Origin: an uncultured bacterium
GTDB lineage: Bacteria > Margulisbacteria > WOR-1 > CAVSGV01
Direction of reading: 5' to 3'
DNA: 32,000 nucleotides
Assembly (NCBI GenBank): GCA_963699255.1
Contig: OY969425.1
Span: forward strand, 690,001 to 722,000
This document shows, piece by piece, positions 25,064 to 30,769 of this stretch. Both the position numbers and the translations under genes were made by a program. Within the stretch, counting starts at the first letter, position 1. Each line of letters starts with the position of its first letter. Under the pieces are notes generated by a model. That model was given only the letters and a program-made list of their open reading frames with translations. It made no database searches and was not told where the DNA came from.

Positions 25064-25749
25064 TGCTGAAATACCAGGGTGTTTTCAATAAGACGGACAA
25101 GGCCGGGAATAAGGAGATAAATTTCCAGCTGATGATCCCCGGCAACAGGATAACGGAGATTGACGGCGCATCGACGATGGAAAAATACGGGTTCGAGCTG
25201 GTCGTCAACCAGGCGTATCATCCCGAGCTCTGGACCAATCAGGAATCTGCGGTCGGAGTGACCATTGAAACGAACATCATTTACAAGCATCACCCACTCA
25301 AAATAGGGATGACGGGGGACACCCGGTACGAAACTTTCATCGGGAACCAGTACCAGGACATCCAGATGCTCCTGATAAACATCGGCTCGATAGAAAAAGA
25401 GGAAGGGAAACTTCTCCACTCCCACCTCGGGCTCTGCGGAAGCATAAACCTGCTCAAGGAAGCGCGGCTCGGCAAACCTCTTCTCGCCGTCCTTACCGAG
25501 TTCGGGGAGGAATTCAGGGGCAGGAGAAAGACCATAAGCAAGATCATCGAGCTGTGGGCCCAGCCGATGGAGCCGTCCCTCATAAACCACGACTTTCGCG
25601 TTATCCCGGCCGACCTTAACCTTGAGATAGATCTGACGGACCTGAGCATAAAAGAGACAAAGACAGGCAAGTTCCATCCCTACCCAGAGATCGATTTTGA
25701 CGAACTTGATCTCGAACTCATAAGCTACAAGCATAAGCACAGCGCATGA
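25060..25749 (+). CDS. Second half of the MBL-fold hydrolase (split gene, part 2)
   Basis: Contains the remaining MBL motifs (AYHP, MTGDTRY, HSHLG). The reading frame is open upstream, so a -1 change at ~25050-25060 fuses it to part 1 (DIFGSPGVMLKYQGVF). Confidence 0.7.
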   Translation: MMLKYQGVFNKTDKAGNKEINFQLMIPGNRITEIDGASTMEKYGFELVVNQAYHPELWTNQESAVGVTIETNIIYKHHPLKIGMTGDTRYETFIGNQYQDIQMLLINIGSIEKEEGKLLHSHLGLCGSINLLKEARLGKPLLAVLTEFGEEFRGRRKTISKIIELWAQPMEPSLINHDFRVIPADLNLEIDLTDLSIKETKTGKFHPYPEIDFDELDLELISYKHKHSA

Positions 25750-26183
25750 AATTCATAGTTGATTCCATGCTCGGAAAACTCGCAAAAAGGCTGCGCCTCA
25801 TGGGATATGACACTTATTATGATGCTAAGAAAGACGACCGCGAGATACTAAAGCTTTCAAAGGAAGAGGATCGTTTAATAGTGACCAGGGACACGGGGAT
25901 GTCAAAGATACGCGGCGCAAAAGTCCTCCTGATAAGATCAACGGACATCCATGAACAGCTGAAGGAAATATCAAAGCTAAGTCTGGACAGCAACCGATCA
26001 TTTTCAAGATGCCCGGAATGCAATACTCCCGTAAAGGACGTCAGCAAAGAAGAGGTCAAGAATATCGTTCCGAAATTGGTATATGAAACGCTGAACAAGT
26101 TCTCTTATTGCCCGAAATGCAAAAAAGCCTACTGGCAGGGAACTCACTACCAAAAGCTTCTCAAAGAATTAAAAAGCATATAA
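25746..26183 (+). CDS. Mut7-C (PIN-like) RNase domain protein with C-terminal zinc ribbon
   Basis: MKFIVDSMLGKLAKRLRLMGYDT is the typical Mut7-C N-terminus. CPECN...CPKCKK zinc ribbon. ATGA overlap with the MBL gene. Confidence 0.8.
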   Translation: MKFIVDSMLGKLAKRLRLMGYDTYYDAKKDDREILKLSKEEDRLIVTRDTGMSKIRGAKVLLIRSTDIHEQLKEISKLSLDSNRSFSRCPECNTPVKDVSKEEVKNIVPKLVYETLNKFSYCPKCKKAYWQGTHYQKLLKELKSI

Positions 26184-26296
26184 GTTAGCCAGAATATTCC
26201 CCCTTGCTGTCGAAAGCGACTATAAGTGACAATTCCCCCTACAGTTTTATGCTACTTTCATGCTCAACGCATCTGGCAACAAAATTGCTAACTCAA

Positions 26297-26372
26297 GAGA
26301 TGCGAGGTGTGAGATGCGAGATGCGATAAAAACAAAAGAGATGGGATGTGCGAGATGAGAGATGCGATAAGA
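26297..26372 (+). repeat. Two adjacent GAGATGN x4 blocks upstream of, and overlapping the start of, the four-helix-bundle gene
   Basis: 26297-26324 reads gagatgc gaggtgt gagatgc gagatgc (then gataaaa). 26338-26365 reads gagatgg gatgtgc gagatga gagatgc (then gataaga). Confidence 0.9.
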
Positions 26373-26744
26373 CATTTTACCGATTTGATCGTGTGGCAAA
26401 AAGGTAATGAATTAGCCATTTTGGTATATTCCTTAACCAGCAAATTCCCCAAAAATGAACTTTTTGGACTTACAAATCAGCTCAGGAGAGCTGCCACTTC
26501 AATCCCGGCAAACATCGCCGAAGGAATGGGAAGAGGAAGTTATCCTGATAGAGCAAGATTTTATTACAATGCCAGAGGCTCGATATATGAAGTTGAAAGC
26601 TACCTCATTGTCTCTAAAGAACTGAAGCATCTTGATGTTGATAAGTTTACAAAAGCAATGGATTTATTGAACTCAACAAGAATGCTATTGAATGCTTTTA
26701 TAGCAAAGACCTTGAAAATAGGAAATGAGAGAGTATTAACCTGA
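26355..26744 (+). CDS. Four-helix-bundle protein (23S rRNA intervening-sequence protein family, TIGR02436/PF05635-like)
   Basis: DLIVWQKGNELAILVYSLTSKFPKNELFGLTNQLRRAATSIPANIAEGMGRGS...ARGSIYEVESYL matches the family pattern. Start is ATG 26355 or 26346; both lie inside a heptamer array. Confidence 0.85.
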   Translation: MRDAIRHFTDLIVWQKGNELAILVYSLTSKFPKNELFGLTNQLRRAATSIPANIAEGMGRGSYPDRARFYYNARGSIYEVESYLIVSKELKHLDVDKFTKAMDLLNSTRMLLNAFIAKTLKIGNERVLT

Positions 26745-26762
26745 GATGTATTTTCTCATCTC
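26743..26762 (+). other. Hairpin formed by a forward GAGATG unit and the first inverted CATCTC unit
   Basis: gagatg (26743-26748), 8-nt loop, catctc (26757-26762). It begins inside the TGA stop of the four-helix-bundle gene. Confidence 0.5.
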
Positions 26763-26783
26763 TGATCTCACATCTCTCATCTC
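26756..26783 (-). repeat. Inverted GAGATGN x4 block just downstream of the four-helix-bundle gene
   Basis: Plus strand reads tcatctc tgatctc acatctc tcatctc. The reverse complement is gagatga gagatgt gagatca gagatga, with the same A-rich and GAAAATA flanks. Confidence 0.9.
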
Positions 26784-26809
26784 ATTTTATTAAAAGGAGG
26801 TGATAACCA

Positions 26810-27211
26810 ATGATGTCTTTGAACAGGACCATCCTCGTCGGCCGCCTGGCCGCCGATCCTGAAGTCCGCTACACCACGAACGAGATACCTGTCGCAAGGT
26901 TCGCCCTCGCGGTCGGAAGGCCGTCAAAAAACGGCAAAAATGAAGTTGATTTTATCAATATAGTCGCCTGGAGGGGGCTCGCGAAGATCTGCGGCGAATA
27001 CCTGAAAAAAGGTAAACCAATAGCTATTGAAGGGAAACTTCAGATAAGGAAATACGAAAAAGACGGGCAGAAACGGTCTTTTACCGAAGTCGTGGCAAGC
27101 AATATGCAGATGCTCGATACGAAGTTTTTTAAGGAATCGGACAGCGGCGAAACCAAAGAAGAAGAGGAAGAGCTGGAGATCGAAGAAAAACCCGCGAAAA
27201 GCAAGAAATAA
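26810..27211 (+). CDS. ssb: Single-stranded DNA-binding protein (short, atypical C-terminus)
   Basis: OB-fold N-terminus NRTILVGRLAADPEVRYT..IPVARFALAV. Strong SD AAGGAGGTGA. The tail is acidic but ends KPAKSKK rather than D-D-(I/L)-P-F. Confidence 0.88.
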   Translation: MMSLNRTILVGRLAADPEVRYTTNEIPVARFALAVGRPSKNGKNEVDFINIVAWRGLAKICGEYLKKGKPIAIEGKLQIRKYEKDGQKRSFTEVVASNMQMLDTKFFKESDSGETKEEEEELEIEEKPAKSKK

Positions 27212-27225
27212 ATAATGAACGGGCC

Positions 27226-27867
27226 TCAGGCTTTACCGCTTGGGGCCCCTCCCCTAAAAAATATGTATATCCCGCCCAGAATGAGCATAAGTCCGCAGAG
27301 ATAAGTGAATATCTTGAAAACTCTCTGGTCGATCCTGCTGCCGACAAGCGGAATGACCGCTCCAAGCAGAAGCAACGGGGATATTATGGTGCCGATCCCG
27401 AAAGAGAAGCTGTAGACCAGGCCAGCCAGAAAACTATTGGAAATAAAAGCTATCTCCAGAAGCACGCCGATAAGCGGAATGCACGGCGACAAACCGACCA
27501 GTACGCCAAGAACAGCCGCATTCCCCTCTCCCACGCCGCAAAACCTGAAACGGATCTCTTTGCCCAGCATCACCGCGACACCGATGGAGATAAGAAAAAC
27601 CGATAAGATCGTCTGGATATAGTAATAAAAACCTGAAGCGTAATAATACTTCAAAAGGAACGCGCCGAAATATCCGAACAGCCCGCCGAGGATCGTGTAA
27701 ACCACGAGTCTCCCGAGAGAAAAGCTTAGCGCGGCAAAAAATCCCTCCTGCCACGTTTTCTTTGTACCTGCGATGGGAAGCATTATAGGGGCGCAGGTGA
27801 CGAGGCAGGGCCCGAAACCCAGGAAAAACCCCTGAAGACCAAGATATAGGATTTTGCCTATGTCCAT
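27226..27867 (-). CDS. Polytopic membrane protein, DsbD_2/CcdA-like (often annotated as TauE/SafE-like)
   Basis: Six or more hydrophobic helices. GFGPCLVTCAPIMLP motif in the first helix. Start taken at MDIGKILYL; the longest ORF starts at 27918. Confidence 0.5.
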   Translation of the reverse strand: MDIGKILYLGLQGFFLGFGPCLVTCAPIMLPIAGTKKTWQEGFFAALSFSLGRLVVYTILGGLFGYFGAFLLKYYYASGFYYYIQTILSVFLISIGVAVMLGKEIRFRFCGVGEGNAAVLGVLVGLSPCIPLIGVLLEIAFISNSFLAGLVYSFSFGIGTIISPLLLLGAVIPLVGSRIDQRVFKIFTYLCGLMLILGGIYIFFRGGAPSGKA

Positions 27868-27881
27868 ACAATATGTATAAT
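27854..27881 (+). promoter_or_regulatory. Sigma70-like promoter of the fused spermidine-synthase-like gene
   Basis: TTGCCT (27854-27859), 16-nt spacer, TATAAT (27876-27881). A 24-nt leader with a GGGAG SD precedes ATG 27906. Confidence 0.5.
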
Positions 27882-27887
27882 ATACCA
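27879..27887 (-). promoter_or_regulatory. Extended -10 element TGGTATATT of the DsbD_2-like gene
   Basis: Minus strand reads tggtatatt, then 11 nt, then ATG 27867. It overlaps the divergent promoter. Confidence 0.35.
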
Positions 27888-27905
27888 TTACGGCAGGGAG
27901 ATAAA

Positions 27906-30056
27906 ATGTTTTTCCCATTGATCGCTATAGGGTTCGCATCGATCATAGTCCAGATACTTCTCCTGAGAGAACTGGTCACGGTATTCAACGGCAACGAACT
28001 GACCTACGGCATATCTCTTATGATCTGGCTTGCCGCAACGGGGCTTGGCGGGTACGCCGCCGGCAGGTTGATAAAAAGGTTCAAAGACGCGCCAAAGACC
28101 CTGATATATACACAGCTTGCCGTTTCTTTGCTTGTGCCGGCAGAGATCTATTTCGCGAGAATATCGAAGATATTGTTCAATATCCCCTCGGGCTCCATAC
28201 CGGACATGAAGTCCATTTTCATCATATCTCTCCTCTCGATGGCGCCGGCATGCCTGCTTTTCGGGTCGCTTTTCACTCTGGGAAGCAAGGCTCTTCTCGA
28301 TATCAGCGATATGTATATCGCCGAAAGCCTCGGCGCCGTCATCGGCGGCGTGGTCTTCAGCTTTATCCTGATATATTTCTTCGATCCTTTCCAGATAGCC
28401 GGCATTATCGGCGCTGTATTGTCCATTTCCTCGATTTATACTTATAAGAATTTCATACAGCCCAATACAAAGCCAAAAACAGCAAGGCTCGTGATCTTTG
28501 CCCTCGTCCTTGCTATAAATTTTATGTTTATCCATCCTTATGGCGTAAAGCTCGATCATTACTCCGCAAAAGCCCAGTTCGGCGGACTGAACCTGGTCAG
28601 GTCCGTCGATTCGATCTACGGCAGGATCTCCGTCATAGAAGACAAAGGGTCCTACAGTTATTTTGAGGGCGGCGATCTGGTTTTCTCAACGGCTTCCGTT
28701 CCCGAGAACGAGGAGATCGCGCACCTCTCCTTTCTTGAAAGCGGCGGTGCCCGGAATGTCCTGCTGATCGGAGGCGGTCCGGCCCTGATACCGGAGATAT
28801 TGAAACACAGGATAAGAAAACTTGATTATGTGGAATTCGACCCGAAACTTGCTCAGCTCTCCGGAGGCAAATACCCGGCCATCGTGACGGACGGCAGGTT
28901 TTTCATCAAAACAACAAAAGAGCTGTATGATCTGATCATTGTGAACCTCGGGGATCCTATCAACGCATCCACCGGAAGATTTTACACTGTGGAATTCATG
29001 AAAGAATGCGGGAAAAAGCTGGGACACGGCGGCGTGCTGGCGCTAAGGATCTCCGGCTCCGCGGATTTCATGGGCAAAGAAACGAGAGCTCTCAATTCAT
29101 CGATATATAAGACCCTGAACCTTGTTTTTCCGGAAGTGACCATTATCCCCGGCGCATACATTTATTATTTCTCGTCGAACTCAAACGGGATCCTGACCGA
29201 TGACGCTGAAGAGCTGGTAAAAAGATGGGAGTCTCAAAATGTGCGCGCGAAATATTTCAATTCACTGTCCATCCCCCACCTGGTCACGCCTGATAGGCTG
29301 AATTATGTCAAAAAGGCGGTCAAATATGATGCCGCCACGAAAATAAGCTCTGATCTTCATCCGATATCCTATCTTTACAGCATCCTGGTATGGTTAAGCT
29401 ATTTCCCCGGCTTGATGAACATCCCGATGCAAAAAGCGCTGGCCGTAAAACCCGGAAGCCTGATGCTCTGGCTTTTTGTTCTGGCAGTGATATTCAAGTT
29501 CGCCGGATACAGGATCAAAGCGATCAAAGATTCGTCTGTTCCGGCGGTCGTAGCCTTAATAGGATTCACCGCCATGTCCCTCCAGCTTTTGACGATATAC
29601 TCCTTTGAGTCGATATACGGCTACATTTATTTCAAGATCGGACTTTTGACGGCGGTTTTCATGGGGGGACTTGCCGCGGGGAGTTTCCTCGTCAACTCGA
29701 AATTCAAGCGGGCAAAGATCGGGCCCATCATTGCGCTTCTTCTGACGGCGACAGCCGCCTTCGCGCTCTATCTTAACGCAGCACCGGCACTTGATTACAG
29801 GCTCTCGGAATACATGATCCCTGTCTTTTCATTTATATTCGCGGCGCTTGCGGGCGCTGTTTTCCCCGCGGCGGTAAGGGACTATGGATCAAACAGCATT
29901 GAGAACAAGGCCGGAGTGCTTTACGGCAGCGATCTTCTGGGCGGAGCCGCTTCAGCGATATTGACAAGCGTATTGTTCATGCCTGTTTTCGGAATAATGG
30001 GAACGATAGCAGTGCCGGTGAGTTTATGCTTGGCCAGCCTGATCCTTCTACTGTGA
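27906..30056 (+). CDS. Fused polytopic membrane / spermidine-synthase-like (SpeE fold) protein
   Basis: N-terminal ~7 TM helices. Central methyltransferase-fold region (NVLLIGGGPALI, VEFDP, DLIIVNLGDP). C-terminal TM bundle. Start taken at ATG 27906, 7 nt after GGGAG. Confidence 0.75.
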   Translation: MFFPLIAIGFASIIVQILLLRELVTVFNGNELTYGISLMIWLAATGLGGYAAGRLIKRFKDAPKTLIYTQLAVSLLVPAEIYFARISKILFNIPSGSIPDMKSIFIISLLSMAPACLLFGSLFTLGSKALLDISDMYIAESLGAVIGGVVFSFILIYFFDPFQIAGIIGAVLSISSIYTYKNFIQPNTKPKTARLVIFALVLAINFMFIHPYGVKLDHYSAKAQFGGLNLVRSVDSIYGRISVIEDKGSYSYFEGGDLVFSTASVPENEEIAHLSFLESGGARNVLLIGGGPALIPEILKHRIRKLDYVEFDPKLAQLSGGKYPAIVTDGRFFIKTTKELYDLIIVNLGDPINASTGRFYTVEFMKECGKKLGHGGVLALRISGSADFMGKETRALNSSIYKTLNLVFPEVTIIPGAYIYYFSSNSNGILTDDAEELVKRWESQNVRAKYFNSLSIPHLVTPDRLNYVKKAVKYDAATKISSDLHPISYLYSILVWLSYFPGLMNIPMQKALAVKPGSLMLWLFVLAVIFKFAGYRIKAIKDSSVPAVVALIGFTAMSLQLLTIYSFESIYGYIYFKIGLLTAVFMGGLAAGSFLVNSKFKRAKIGPIIALLLTATAAFALYLNAAPALDYRLSEYMIPVFSFIFAALAGAVFPAAVRDYGSNSIENKAGVLYGSDLLGGAASAILTSVLFMPVFGIMGTIAVPVSLCLASLILLL

Positions 30057-30102
30057 TCCTATGGTAAGCACCTTGGTTCCACGCCCACGACCCAAAAAAT
30101 AA

Positions 30103-30708
30103 TTATTTATCCTCGACAAGGCGGACCGCGATAAAATAATGTCGGACCTCGGGGTTGTCGCCGTACCGGAGCAAATTCCTTATTGAACTAATAACGAACA
30201 TATTCTCTTTTTCGTGTTCAGTTTCGGTCCATTCCCACTTTTTCCCCGACAATTGATCTTTTACCATACGTTTAGCCGTCAGCAATTCTTCTTCGGTCGG
30301 GATCCTGAATTTTCTGCCGGTTTTCTCGCTGAGCCATTTTGCAAACGCCCTGCCATCAACCAGACTTAAGTGGGCAATTTTATCGGTCTCCCACCATTTT
30401 CCAATGGCAGAAACAAGTTCATCAGCATTGAACCCTTTGATCTCATATCCCGTGTTTTTCACGAATTTCCTGAAAAGTCCGACAGTTATTTCATCTCTCA
30501 TGATCCTATATGGTCTCCCCGGAACATCTATCATTTCGGGTGCAAGCGATAAGGGCCTTGAATATGCCATGCCCTTGAACACCGATCGCGTCCCAAGAAC
30601 AACTTTTCTCGTCAGGATCGAAATTTTATTGATGTCCGCTTTATATCCGACCATATCTTTCCCCTTAGATGCTCCGATATTAATATCGTTGTATATCATT
30701 ATCGGCAA
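30103..30708 (-). CDS. Short FGE-sulfatase (SUMF1)-like domain protein
   Basis: YRIMRDEITVGLFRKFV..TGY and AFAKWLSEKTGRKFRIPTEEEL...WEWTE resemble the FGE-sulfatase fold. Start is TTG 30708 or ATG 30699. Confidence 0.5.
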   Translation of the reverse strand: MPIMIYNDINIGASKGKDMVGYKADINKISILTRKVVLGTRSVFKGMAYSRPLSLAPEMIDVPGRPYRIMRDEITVGLFRKFVKNTGYEIKGFNADELVSAIGKWWETDKIAHLSLVDGRAFAKWLSEKTGRKFRIPTEEELLTAKRMVKDQLSGKKWEWTETEHEKENMFVISSIRNLLRYGDNPEVRHYFIAVRLVEDK

Positions 30709-30769
30709 AATGACCTGAATATTTCAGTGGTTTGCAAGAATATTTATGCGGTCGGTTATTTTTGGTTTT

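Noticed and set aside
26297-26372. Heptamer arrays as a CRISPR array
   Set aside because: The units are 7 nt with no spacers, no cas genes are present, and the array length is 28 nt.
27215-27250. Terminator hairpin after ssb (gggcc...ggccc)
   Set aside because: The stem is only 5-6 bp with an ~18-nt loop and no T-run, and it overlaps the convergent gene's coding end.
27180-27260. A frameshift hiding a canonical SSB DDIPF tip
   Set aside because: I translated the other two frames past the stop, and neither gives an acidic-hydrophobic tip.
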